Below, piece by piece: positions 16,267-24,182 of a stretch of 32,000 bases of DNA (its first letter is position 1; the number at the start of each line of letters is the position of its first letter). A program made the position numbers and the translations under genes. The DNA is from Candidatus Saccharimonadota bacterium (GTDB lineage Bacteria; Patescibacteriota; Patescibacteriia; 2-12-FULL-60-25), in contig JALHOH010000002.1 in the NCBI GenBank assembly GCA_022843095.1, forward strand, positions 90,001 through 122,000, given 5' to 3'. The notes under the pieces are model-generated. The model worked only from the letters and a program-made list of their open reading frames with translations, made no database searches and was not told where the DNA came from.

Positions 16267-16343
16267 TGGTGGACGCTGAGGGGATCGAACCCCCGGCCTT
16301 CTCGGTGTAAACGAGACGCTCTAACCAGCTGAGCTAAGCGTCC
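16267..16343 (-). tRNA. tRNA-Val (anticodon TAC), CCA encoded
   Basis: Reverse complement: GGACGCT-TA-GCTC-AGCTGGTTA-GAGC-G-TCTCG-TTTACAC-CGAGA-AGGCC-GGGGG-TTCGATC-CCCTC-AGCGTCC-A-CCA (77 nt). The anticodon loop is TT-TAC-AC. Confidence 0.9.
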
Positions 16344-16397
16344 ATCGGTGGCCGTATCTTTTCATATCGGACGCAAAGGCTCAAGGGTGCGCAGGTA

Positions 16398-16406
16398 TGG
16401 TATACT
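16398..16406 (+). promoter_or_regulatory. Extended -10-like element TGgTATACT, 10 nt upstream of ATG 16417
   Basis: TG at 16398-16399 and hexamer TATACT at 16401-16406. There is no SD before the ATG. Confidence 0.35.
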
Positions 16407-16416
16407 TCCATCATCG

Positions 16417-17541
16417 ATGCGGTTATTTTCCTGCACCCGTCGTGTTTGGCGCGTCGTCCCATTGGTTTGGGCGGTTGTTTGTACGTTTTTGATCGGATGG
16501 CGGTTGACCGGTGATTCCTACGCAGCCATGCAAAATTATTTGGTGATCGTTGGGCAAACAAAGCCAAGTGCAGCAACAAACGTTCTGTTTTCGTTTAAGC
16601 CAAATACCACGACAACCGGTGGGATGCAGGTTCGCCTTTCGTTCCATCCGAGTTTTACGCTTCCGGTCGCGGCGGCAACGTCGGATGTTGTGTTTACCAT
16701 CGATTCGGTGACGCAGACCGTGGGGTTGATCCAAACGACGGCGACGCATGGTCTTGCGCGCAGTGGAAACGCGTATGTATTTACCGTGGCTTCCGGGACG
16801 ACGATCGGCGCAGCATCGTCCGTCCGCATGATCGTTGGGCGCGATGGGACGCTGACAAATCCGCCCAGCGTTGGAACATACGGGGTTGGGACGCAAATCA
16901 CGACCATGGGGGGTTCGACGGTAAATAGTCATGCTAGCAATATCGCGATCGTCGACGCCGTGGCATTTTCGGCATTTGTGAGCTCCACTTCGCCGTCGTA
17001 TGTGATCCGCTGGGCGACGCCGGAATTGCGCGTAGGAGCAACGGAGACCAACGATGACGCGCGGTTTTTTGTGACGGCGCGTACGTCGATCGACACGGAT
17101 AACGTCATCCAGTACACGGACGCGCAACTTGCGACGACCAGTAACGACGGGACCTACTACACGACCACCACCATGACGGGATTGTCCTCGGGAACCTATG
17201 ATGTGGGGATCAAGACGCACCAGCATCTCACAAAATTAATCCAGGACGTGACGCTTACCGCCGGGACGACAACGGTGTTGAACTTCACGAATGAGACGAA
17301 TACCTCCACAAAAGGGTCAGAACGGCTGCTCGCCGGAGATATTAGCGGGTTAGGAAACTCTACGACGACGCTTGGGGATGATGTGATCAATGCGGTGGAC
17401 ATCAGTATTCTGGTGAATGATCTGGACGATGATGACCTGACGGGGAATGTGCTGCGACCGAACCTGAATCAAGACGTGGTGGTGAACGCCGTGGATCTGA
17501 GTATTCTCATTAAAAATCTTGACCTCGAAGGGGAACGCTAA
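16417..17541 (+). CDS. Secreted beta-rich protein with a C-terminal dockerin-like double EF-hand module
   Basis: Signal/anchor MRLFSCTRRVWRVVPLVWAVVCTFLIGW...SYA. The N-terminal domain resembles that of the three paralogues downstream. The C-terminus GDISGLG...DDVINAVDISILVNDL / NLNQDVVVNAVDLSILIKNL fits the dockerin Ca-binding repeat pattern (D/N-x-N-x-D-x3-N-x2-D-x3-L). The stop TAA overlaps the next ATG (TAATG). Confidence 0.6.
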   Translation: MRLFSCTRRVWRVVPLVWAVVCTFLIGWRLTGDSYAAMQNYLVIVGQTKPSAATNVLFSFKPNTTTTGGMQVRLSFHPSFTLPVAAATSDVVFTIDSVTQTVGLIQTTATHGLARSGNAYVFTVASGTTIGAASSVRMIVGRDGTLTNPPSVGTYGVGTQITTMGGSTVNSHASNIAIVDAVAFSAFVSSTSPSYVIRWATPELRVGATETNDDARFFVTARTSIDTDNVIQYTDAQLATTSNDGTYYTTTTMTGLSSGTYDVGIKTHQHLTKLIQDVTLTAGTTTVLNFTNETNTSTKGSERLLAGDISGLGNSTTTLGDDVINAVDISILVNDLDDDDLTGNVLRPNLNQDVVVNAVDLSILIKNLDLEGER

Positions 17542-20168
17542 TGCCTATGCGACGCTTTTTTGCCTGGTACGCCGTTTTGCTGGGGATCGTGGCCCCGCTT
17601 GGGTTCGCATCCGCCGGTTCTCCTTCCGGAGCGGATTGGTTTCAGTTGCTCGCGAGCCCGTTTACCGGGGGCGATAACACGGGGGACGGGGGAACGGGTC
17701 TTGCGGCGGACCTGAACTACTACTACGTGGGGCAATCGTTTACGGCGACCATGCAGATCAATGTCGGGACGCCGGCCGGATCGAATGCGGCGAACATTTG
17801 GATCGATTACGCCACGACCACGGTCAGCTCGTCCAATATTGCGACGGGGTCGTTTTTTCCCAACTGGAGCAACCAAAATATTTTGACGGACATCGGTCGC
17901 GTGCGTTCCACGGGGTATCGCACGTCGGGCTATTCGACCGGTCTTGGGACGTTTGGGACGGTGCAGTTTCAGGCGTTGCGTCCAACCGCGGCGAACTATG
18001 GGACTTCCGCGTCGACGACGTTGAATATCAACGAAGGAACAATTGGAGCGACAACGGAAAGCAATATCGCAAACGACGGGACGGATCTGCTGGACGATGA
18101 AGAGGACTTCACGATGTTTATTTGGGCAGATCGACGCAAGCCGTTCGGGGAGGCCAACACCCCACCGAATGCGGCGACGGCGGTTGTGATCGATCAGGAC
18201 TTCTTGTTCCGTCTGTTTGATACGCGTGATGGGGAGGGTGGATCGACCTCGACCGCGCATACGGCGGGTGGGGTGGGTACTGGGGTCAACACGACGCGTC
18301 CGCCGGGGGCGATCACGTTTAACGATGGTGGTGGCGCGGTGAGTTATGTGGGATATGACACCTATTCGTGCAGTGGGACCTGGAGCACGAACATCTGTAA
18401 CGTCACGGTGAATCCGCCAAGCCCGTCGGGGATTTCTGGTGATACGCGCAATTGGAAGTACGCGACGACCTACACCGTCACGGTGAGTGGTTTTCGTGAT
18501 AACGCCTCGTCCTCGCAGGACCAGCTTGGCGATCCGAATGGACCCAACACGATGGACACCAAAATCTGGACCTTCACGACCGAGGCGGACACGGTAAAGC
18601 CACAGGTGACATTTGAATCGCCAACGCGATCTTCTTCGGGAAATGCGACCAATACGAACCTCATCATCGATGTGCAGGATCGAAAAACCTATCCAAGTGG
18701 TCCTTCGGGGTCAGGGGTTGTGACGACGACCTGTTCTTTCAATGTCTCTTCGCCTTCGTTTACGCTTGCTACGTTTACCTCTGCGTCGGCAGAAGTGACG
18801 GCGACGCCCATAGATTACGGCGTACGTTACACCATTAATCCGGCCACGAACTTTGGCCAGAATGAAACGGTCACCGTGTCGGCGTATAACTGCGCGGATG
18901 TCGCCGGGAACGTGATGGTGACGGACACCTGGACCTTTGGAACATCTGACACAAATCCGCCGTTTGTCATCAATCGATTCCCGTCTGAAGATGGAATTGC
19001 CTCGTCTACGACAAATGTGATTTTTACGATCAAAGACCTGGAAACCTCGATCGATCTTGCCAACACCGTCATCTATGTAAACGGGGTGTATTACACAAAC
19101 GCAGGGGGAGCGGGTCAGGTCACCACGAATGGCACGCGGATCACGTTTACGACCAGCTCGAATTTTAATGGAGGAAACTATGGTGGAGACACCACCGCTG
19201 TCTCTGGCGCCGCGAATGAAAAAACGTTTTCACTTGATCCACAAGCGGCATTTGGCGCCGGTGAAGCGGTCGCGGTGCTGATTTACTCCCGGGATGCCTC
19301 CGGAAACCTGATGGAACGCGTGGTGTACGCGTTTGGCGTGGATGGTGCGAGTTGCAGCGGATCCTGTCCGAGCGGCGCTTCATTTTGCGGATCAAATACG
19401 ACGTTCAGCGGGGGGCAATGCGTCGGAACGGGGGGAGGGTCTGGGACGGCGACCGGAGGCGGTGGTGGGGTTGCTCATACCGTGATCGCAATCAATGAAC
19501 CTACCGTGAACGTGGCGCAAATCGACGAACAGTCCGTAGTCGTGACCTGGACTTCGACGGTGCCGGGGTCGGGCCGCGTCGTGTACGATGTTGTATCCCC
19601 AACCAAGATGGAAGGTCCGTATCTGGGCTATCGCTTTAGCACGGCGGAAGAAATTCGAAACGGATTAGTGCACTCGGTCGTGGTGCCACGTCTTGCACCG
19701 GGTCAATTGTATTTTTTCCGTCCGATTACGAAGGCGAACGGGATCGAGGTGTACGGTCCAGAGATCAAGATGGCGCCACGATTTAAAACAGAAGTGCTGC
19801 GAGAAGAGATCATCACGGAAAAAACACGAACGGAAACCATCACAAAAGTGGTGACCACGACGGTTCCGCTTGTGTGCCCTACACCGGCTGCATCCACCCC
19901 TCGACCGGCGCTTTCTCGTCCGACGCGTCCTGCGACTCCCGCAGCGACCGTGCCACGTCCCGTGACTCCGACCGCGCCGCCGTCACTTGTTCCAGGGGCT
20001 GTGCTTCCGGGGGGAGCGGGGGAGAATGTTCCGGTGCCGACGCGTACCGGTGGAACAGAGGCGCCTGCTTCGCGACTCCGCATTGATCGGATCCAGCGGA
20101 ATGGGGATGCATTGCTTATTCGCGGACGTGGTGTGCCGGGCTCGTTAATCCGTCTAGAAGTGTTCTAA
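17541..20168 (+). CDS. Large secreted multidomain surface protein: cohesin-like N-terminal domain, several SbsA/Big_5-type Ig-like domains, Cys/Gly-rich linker, FN3-like domain, Pro-rich stalk
   Basis: - Signal peptide: MPMRRFFAWYAVLLGIVAPLGFASA.
- Cohesin-like segment: VGQSFTATMQINVGTPAGSNAANIWIDYATTTV...GLGTFGTVQFQAL.
- Ig-like domains: repeated DTVKPQV/DTNPPFV openings.
- FN3-like segment: VVVTWTSTVPGSGRVVYD...LAPGQLYFFRPIT.
- Pro-rich run: PTPAASTPRPALSRPTRPATPAATVPRPVTPTAPPS. Confidence 0.65.
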   Translation: MPMRRFFAWYAVLLGIVAPLGFASAGSPSGADWFQLLASPFTGGDNTGDGGTGLAADLNYYYVGQSFTATMQINVGTPAGSNAANIWIDYATTTVSSSNIATGSFFPNWSNQNILTDIGRVRSTGYRTSGYSTGLGTFGTVQFQALRPTAANYGTSASTTLNINEGTIGATTESNIANDGTDLLDDEEDFTMFIWADRRKPFGEANTPPNAATAVVIDQDFLFRLFDTRDGEGGSTSTAHTAGGVGTGVNTTRPPGAITFNDGGGAVSYVGYDTYSCSGTWSTNICNVTVNPPSPSGISGDTRNWKYATTYTVTVSGFRDNASSSQDQLGDPNGPNTMDTKIWTFTTEADTVKPQVTFESPTRSSSGNATNTNLIIDVQDRKTYPSGPSGSGVVTTTCSFNVSSPSFTLATFTSASAEVTATPIDYGVRYTINPATNFGQNETVTVSAYNCADVAGNVMVTDTWTFGTSDTNPPFVINRFPSEDGIASSTTNVIFTIKDLETSIDLANTVIYVNGVYYTNAGGAGQVTTNGTRITFTTSSNFNGGNYGGDTTAVSGAANEKTFSLDPQAAFGAGEAVAVLIYSRDASGNLMERVVYAFGVDGASCSGSCPSGASFCGSNTTFSGGQCVGTGGGSGTATGGGGGVAHTVIAINEPTVNVAQIDEQSVVVTWTSTVPGSGRVVYDVVSPTKMEGPYLGYRFSTAEEIRNGLVHSVVVPRLAPGQLYFFRPITKANGIEVYGPEIKMAPRFKTEVLREEIITEKTRTETITKVVTTTVPLVCPTPAASTPRPALSRPTRPATPAATVPRPVTPTAPPSLVPGAVLPGGAGENVPVPTRTGGTEAPASRLRIDRIQRNGDALLIRGRGVPGSLIRLEVF

Positions 20169-20173
20169 TCGTT

Positions 20174-21223
20174 ATGGCCATGCAAGACCAACTCGTCCCG
20201 ACCACCGGGGGAAATACGCAAGCCCAGACCGATGGTCAGTGGCAATACGTCGTCGATCCAAAAACGCTTCCGCCCGGCTATCACACGGTACAGGCGACGG
20301 ATGATCAGGGCGGAACGTATGAAGCGGGGCTCTATATTGAGCCGGCGCAACCTACCACTGATGCGCCGCCTTTGTTTGTGGTGCAGGAGTCGGTCTCTAT
20401 TGTGGATCGGGTAAAAACGGTGATTCCGGAGGCGGGTGCTTGGGCCGTGCTGGCGTTATTTGTGGTGGTGTTGTGCCTTGCTGCGATCGGTGTGCGTCAG
20501 GTGTGGCGCGCACGACGTCATGCAGCCGTGGAGACCACGACTTCCTATCCGTTGAAGTGGAAATTGGCGTTTGGTGGGATTGCGGGATTGGTCGCGATCG
20601 CCATCGGGATCATCGTGTGGTCGTCACGAACCCCGAATACGTTTACGCCGATGGTGAATCGCGTCCGTTCGACGCTTGGAACGGCGGAAACTGCGCCGCG
20701 TGAGGTTGCTGTTTCTGGACGATTCGTGGATCCGCGAAATCCTGCGCAATCCGTGGTTGGGATCGACCTTGTTTCTGGCGACACGGCCATTCGTACTCAA
20801 GAAGGCGGTCGGTTTCAGTTTGAAGCGGTATCGGAAGAAACGGGGATCCGCCTCACGCATCCATCACTCATGCGCGCGTTCGTGTGGGTTCCAGTCGCGC
20901 GTGTAGAGAATAGCGAAGTCCCATTTGATCCCTCTCTTTTGAATGCGATTGTGACACGTGCTGATGCTGAAGCGCGTGGAGATCAGGCGCGTGTGCAGAC
21001 GTTGTTTGTAGAAGGCGTCCAGGCACCCTCCGCGGTGTTCACGGCCGCTGATACATTGCGTCAGGAAATTGCATTCCATCGTTTATTGCGTGTTGATGCG
21101 GCCACGGATGCGACCGGAAAAGCGCAGTGGGATCAGGTGATTCGGATGGAGCTTGCGCGGCCGAATGCGGCGGCGTCTTGGGATCTTGTCTATGCCTCTG
21201 ATGGCTGGCGGTTTATCCGCTAA
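20174..21223 (+). CDS. Membrane protein (two TM helices) with an Ig-like N-terminal fragment and a carboxypeptidase-regulatory-like beta-sandwich; possibly the detached C-terminal part of the upstream gene
   Basis: There is no signal peptide and no SD. The N-terminus ...TDGQWQYVVDPKTLPPGYHTVQATDDQGGTYEAGLYIE looks like the second half of an Ig-like domain. TM segments are AWAVLALFVVVLCLAAIGV and LAFGGIAGLVAIAIGIIVW. The segment VSGRFVD...GGRFQFEAV resembles the CarboxypepD_reg pattern (weak). Confidence 0.5.
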   Translation: MAMQDQLVPTTGGNTQAQTDGQWQYVVDPKTLPPGYHTVQATDDQGGTYEAGLYIEPAQPTTDAPPLFVVQESVSIVDRVKTVIPEAGAWAVLALFVVVLCLAAIGVRQVWRARRHAAVETTTSYPLKWKLAFGGIAGLVAIAIGIIVWSSRTPNTFTPMVNRVRSTLGTAETAPREVAVSGRFVDPRNPAQSVVGIDLVSGDTAIRTQEGGRFQFEAVSEETGIRLTHPSLMRAFVWVPVARVENSEVPFDPSLLNAIVTRADAEARGDQARVQTLFVEGVQAPSAVFTAADTLRQEIAFHRLLRVDAATDATGKAQWDQVIRMELARPNAAASWDLVYASDGWRFIR

Positions 21224-22121
21224 TCAACGAACCGGAGCGGCGGCGATCATTGCCGCCCTTGTGCTTTGTGTTGTGTTTTTTCTGGCGACGCGCGGAGAAT
21301 CTCCGCACACACCATCCCCGGAGGCGATCGCGGATCAGGGATTTGCGCCGTCTGACCTTCCGTTGGAACAGCGGTGTCGGCCGCCGTCTCGTAAGGATGC
21401 CCGTTGGTGGGAAGATGCTGCCAAGATGGCCGCGTTTTATGGGGGCGTTCCAGAGCCAACCGTGGATTGTGACAACGACGGGGCGATTGGACTTGCGGAT
21501 GTGGGCCTTTTAGCTGCCCGCAGCATTGGCGCGATTGCGAACGCACCCTCGACGGATCCGGAAGGGGAAAAAATTGAAGGGCTTCGTGGAATGGTTGATG
21601 GTGTGCCGCATGTAGATATTTTAGCGCCGCAGCTCACGGGAGGTGTCCAAGTCTATCTGCGTGTTCCAGAGGGAACGTCCATCGCATGGATGACCGAAGA
21701 GGGGAACTGGATTCAACCGCCGCGGGTGCAGAGTGGATTTTTGCATGGTGTTTGGATGCGACGTGGCCGCGAGATGCGTACGCCGCTCGTCCGGATCCGT
21801 TTGCCGGAGACATCGATGGTTGCCTTGCAACCGACACTTGGGATGCAGGGGAGTGGATTGGATGATCCACGGCGAGTCGTGGGTCTTCGGTATCTTGAAC
21901 GCGTAGCGACACTGTCCCCGTTACCCACATCAAGGAAGATCGAAGCGCACATATTCGAGATTGAAACCGTGTTAGGCTCCCAGCGTGTGTGGATCGGGGA
22001 CGCGGGGGGTCGCGCGGTGGATTCCGCGGGATTTCTGGTGGATGGAACGTGGGTACCGGGCACCATTCTTGCGCTCCCGCCTTTGCCGGCACGGTCTGTT
22101 GAATTTCGTCTGACGCCTTAA
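21192..22121 (+). CDS. N-terminally membrane-anchored hypothetical protein with one dockerin/EF-hand-like motif
   Basis: TM segment GAAAIIAALVLCVVFFLA, and motif VDCDNDGAIGLADVGLLAARSI. The start is uncertain (21153 non-ATG, ATG 21192 or ATG 21201). It overlaps the end of the previous gene. Confidence 0.45.
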   Translation: MPLMAGGLSANQRTGAAAIIAALVLCVVFFLATRGESPHTPSPEAIADQGFAPSDLPLEQRCRPPSRKDARWWEDAAKMAAFYGGVPEPTVDCDNDGAIGLADVGLLAARSIGAIANAPSTDPEGEKIEGLRGMVDGVPHVDILAPQLTGGVQVYLRVPEGTSIAWMTEEGNWIQPPRVQSGFLHGVWMRRGREMRTPLVRIRLPETSMVALQPTLGMQGSGLDDPRRVVGLRYLERVATLSPLPTSRKIEAHIFEIETVLGSQRVWIGDAGGRAVDSAGFLVDGTWVPGTILALPPLPARSVEFRLTP

Positions 22122-22142
22122 CGTTTCATTGTTCTGGAGGCA

Positions 22143-22151
22143 TGGTACAAT
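22143..22151 (+). promoter_or_regulatory. Extended -10-like element TGgTACAAT, 9 nt upstream of ATG 22161 (leaderless candidate)
   Basis: TG at 22143-22144 and hexamer TACAAT at 22146-22151. There is no SD. Confidence 0.4.
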
Positions 22152-22160
22152 CCGAGTACC

Positions 22161-22688
22161 ATGCAGGTTGATCGTCAGCACCTCCTCCCGTTTATCGTCG
22201 TCGGTACGGCGCTTGTTGGAATGGGTCAGGGGATGCCTTCTGCGCCTGTTCGTGTGCAGGCAGATGTTCGGCAAGCGCAGCTCGGTGCATCTGAGGCGCG
22301 TATCGATGTCACGAATGATGGGTGGGCGATGACGCTGACGCTTGTGAACACCGGAGCGCTGGAAACCAGCTCAACCGTTGTGAGTATCGCGTTGCCAGAT
22401 GGGTATCGCTACGGTGGTTCCTCACAAGAGGATGGGGTTGTCCGGACGGAAGGGAGGACCTATGGCACGGATGTGTTGTGGAACGTGACAACTGTTCAGC
22501 CTTCGTCGACGATGCGCGCCGTTTTTTATCTTCGTCGTACACCCGGTCAGACCAGGAGAAGTTCGATTGGTATCTCCATCGTGCCCCGATTTGGAAGAAC
22601 GGTGTATGCGCGTGTGACACCACCTGCGCACCCCGCATTTCCTCCAGAATCACGAGCCTCTTGGTGGTCTCGTTGGTTCGGTTGGTAG
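22161..22688 (+). CDS. Small secreted protein with a DUF11/CARDB-like beta-sandwich and a Trp-rich C-terminal tail
   Basis: Signal peptide ...LLPFIVVGTALVGMG...VRVQA. The segment IDVTNDGWAMTLTLVNTGALETSSTVVSIALPDGYRY fits the V-x-N-x-G pattern of CARDB/DUF11-type domains. It ends SRASWWSRWFGW. Confidence 0.5.
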   Translation: MQVDRQHLLPFIVVGTALVGMGQGMPSAPVRVQADVRQAQLGASEARIDVTNDGWAMTLTLVNTGALETSSTVVSIALPDGYRYGGSSQEDGVVRTEGRTYGTDVLWNVTTVQPSSTMRAVFYLRRTPGQTRRSSIGISIVPRFGRTVYARVTPPAHPAFPPESRASWWSRWFGW

Positions 22689-22737
22689 TCGTGTCGATTT
22701 CTTATCCACACAACGTGAAGCACTCACGTTGTTTGTG

Positions 22738-22746
22738 TGTTATACT
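22738..22746 (+). promoter_or_regulatory. Extended -10-like element TGtTATACT upstream of paralogue A
   Basis: TG at 22738-22739 and hexamer TATACT at 22741-22746. The first ATG in frame is at 22791. Confidence 0.3.
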
Positions 22747-22790
22747 CTGGTCATCTAATCCTTATTTTTGCGACATTGCTCCATGAGCAT

Positions 22791-24146
22791 ATGCCAGAGC
22801 TAACGCGTGTGGCGGGGGCAGCAAAGTCCAACCGGTTTACAACCGCATTGTACTTTTTGCTGTTCGCCGCTTTGTTCGTGTTCGGTGCTTGGATGTTCCA
22901 GCGCCCGGTGAACGCCGGTGCGTTGACGAGCGTTCAGATCATTCTTTCGAAGACGGCTCCGTCTTCGACACAGACCAACATTGAATACAGTTTCTACGTC
23001 ACAACGACGATGAACGGTACGGGATGTTCTTCTGCGACGTCGGAAGACTCCTGTTTCCGTCTGCGGCTTTCCTTGCCAGCCACGTCGACAGCGGGTTACG
23101 GCTACCAATCTGCATTCGCTGTGACGTCCACCATCGCGACGTCATCCAACCCAAGCGCATGTGCGGGTGCGAACTCAGATGTGTGTGTGAAAGCGGATGG
23201 GTATAACTTCGATGACTTGGTCGTGACGCAGGTCGTGACCAGCACGCAGTCTTCTGCCGCAACGGCAGATTACCCGGATCGCATTGATGTCTACCTTGGT
23301 TCCACCACGTCGGTGACGACCGGTACGCGCATCCGTGTGTTCTTCTACAATGGTGTCTTTACGACGCCAGGGTTTAAGCCGGGTCATGTGGAAGGGTATG
23401 CGGACATTCATGGGTTGGGTATCACCACCATGCGCTGTCCAAACTTTGACGGATCTCAGTGTCAGGGAACGGAAGCGACCTACGACACCGGTTCCTCCAA
23501 CGTCGCCATTCAAGAAGCCACAACCTTTACCGCCACGGTCAATGAATCCATGACCTTCACGGTGAACGCCGTGGATGCAGGAACATCGATCGGGACGGGT
23601 GCTCCAATCGTGACCAACATTGGTTCCACGACGACCTCCTGCCCGTTTGGCACTCTCTCACCGTTTGTTCCAAAGATCTGCGCCCAGCGCGTGGAATGGA
23701 TCACCTCCGCCGCAGGTGGAGCCGGGGTCTACGTGGTGCAAAACGGGAACATGTCCACCTCGACCTACGATATCGATCAATTCAAGGATGGAACGCGTCT
23801 TACGCCGGGAACCGCAGCAGACTGGACCTCTCCAACGGGCAACCCGGGAGATGAAAACTCATGGGGTCACCTGGGTTACACGGGAACCTCGACGGATGCG
23901 GCAGTCACCGGTGCAGGAAACTTCAGCTCTGGGGAACGGTATGCCGGTATCTTGACCCGCCCAGGGTTGCAGGCAAATCCGGATTTGATCTTCGCCAGCA
24001 ACTCGAACGCGTTGATCGCCTCGACGGCTGCTGCGAACTCGACGGAAGTGCACGCCTACTCGGTCTACAAGATCGAAGTGTCCTCACTGCAGGAATCCGG
24101 AACGTACTCGAATGAAATTCAGTATCAGATTGTGGCAAGCTACTAA
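22791..24146 (+). CDS. Secreted Cys-paired beta-rich surface protein, paralogue A (C-terminal half WxL-domain-like by pattern; family unassigned)
   Basis: Signal anchor ...ALYFLLFAALFVFGAWMFQRPVNA, then GALTSVQIILSKTAPSSTQTN. Eight Cys occur in four close pairs. The C-terminus is ...LQESGTYSNEIQYQIVASY. It is paralogous to 25189..26541 and 26563..27903. Confidence 0.7.
   Translation: MPELTRVAGAAKSNRFTTALYFLLFAALFVFGAWMFQRPVNAGALTSVQIILSKTAPSSTQTNIEYSFYVTTTMNGTGCSSATSEDSCFRLRLSLPATSTAGYGYQSAFAVTSTIATSSNPSACAGANSDVCVKADGYNFDDLVVTQVVTSTQSSAATADYPDRIDVYLGSTTSVTTGTRIRVFFYNGVFTTPGFKPGHVEGYADIHGLGITTMRCPNFDGSQCQGTEATYDTGSSNVAIQEATTFTATVNESMTFTVNAVDAGTSIGTGAPIVTNIGSTTTSCPFGTLSPFVPKICAQRVEWITSAAGGAGVYVVQNGNMSTSTYDIDQFKDGTRLTPGTAADWTSPTGNPGDENSWGHLGYTGTSTDAAVTGAGNFSSGERYAGILTRPGLQANPDLIFASNSNALIASTAAANSTEVHAYSVYKIEVSSLQESGTYSNEIQYQIVASY
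23346..23410 (+). repeat. 65-nt block perfectly identical to 25735-25799 (paralogue A vs B)
   Basis: Compared by eye: tacaatggtgtctttacgacgccagggtttaagccgggtcatgtggaagggtatgcggacattca occurs in both copies. The flanks are diverged. Confidence 0.9.
23481..23686 (+). repeat. 206-nt block matching 25876-26081 with 4 mismatches (includes a 128-nt perfect run 23526-23653 = 25921-26048)
   Basis: Hand alignment of the two paralogues at a constant offset of 2395 nt. The mismatches are at 23503, 23525, 23654 and 23659. Sequence is diverged immediately upstream and downstream of the block. Confidence 0.85.
24045..24146 (+). repeat. 102-nt block perfectly identical to 26440-26541 (3' ends of paralogues A and B including the TAA stop)
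   Basis: Hand alignment shows the copies are identical from gaagtgcacgcc... to ...gcaagctactaa. Sequences diverge directly before the block and directly after the stop codon. Confidence 0.9.
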
Positions 24147-24182
24147 TTCACCTTCAACAATACATCTACTATTCGGAGGAAT

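Noticed and set aside
14897-16343. tRNA-Leu / tRNA-Val pair as a genomic-island integration site for the adjacent surface cluster
   Set aside because: No integrase was found, and I found no direct repeat of either tRNA 3' end elsewhere in the window. The cluster abuts the 5' side of tRNA-Val rather than its 3' end, and its GC content looks similar to the flanks.
16423-18260. Long minus-strand ORFs (16423..17226, 267 aa; 17538..18260, 240 aa) antisense to the first two cluster genes
   Set aside because: Both are Arg-rich with low-complexity antisense-type composition. The + strand frames have signal peptides and domain-like repeat patterns.
19860-20040. Apparent repetitive DNA in the Pro/Thr/Ala-rich region of the 875-aa gene
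   Set aside because: This is low-complexity coding sequence (a PT/PA-rich linker) without a fixed-period tandem nucleotide repeat. It is not a CRISPR or a satellite.
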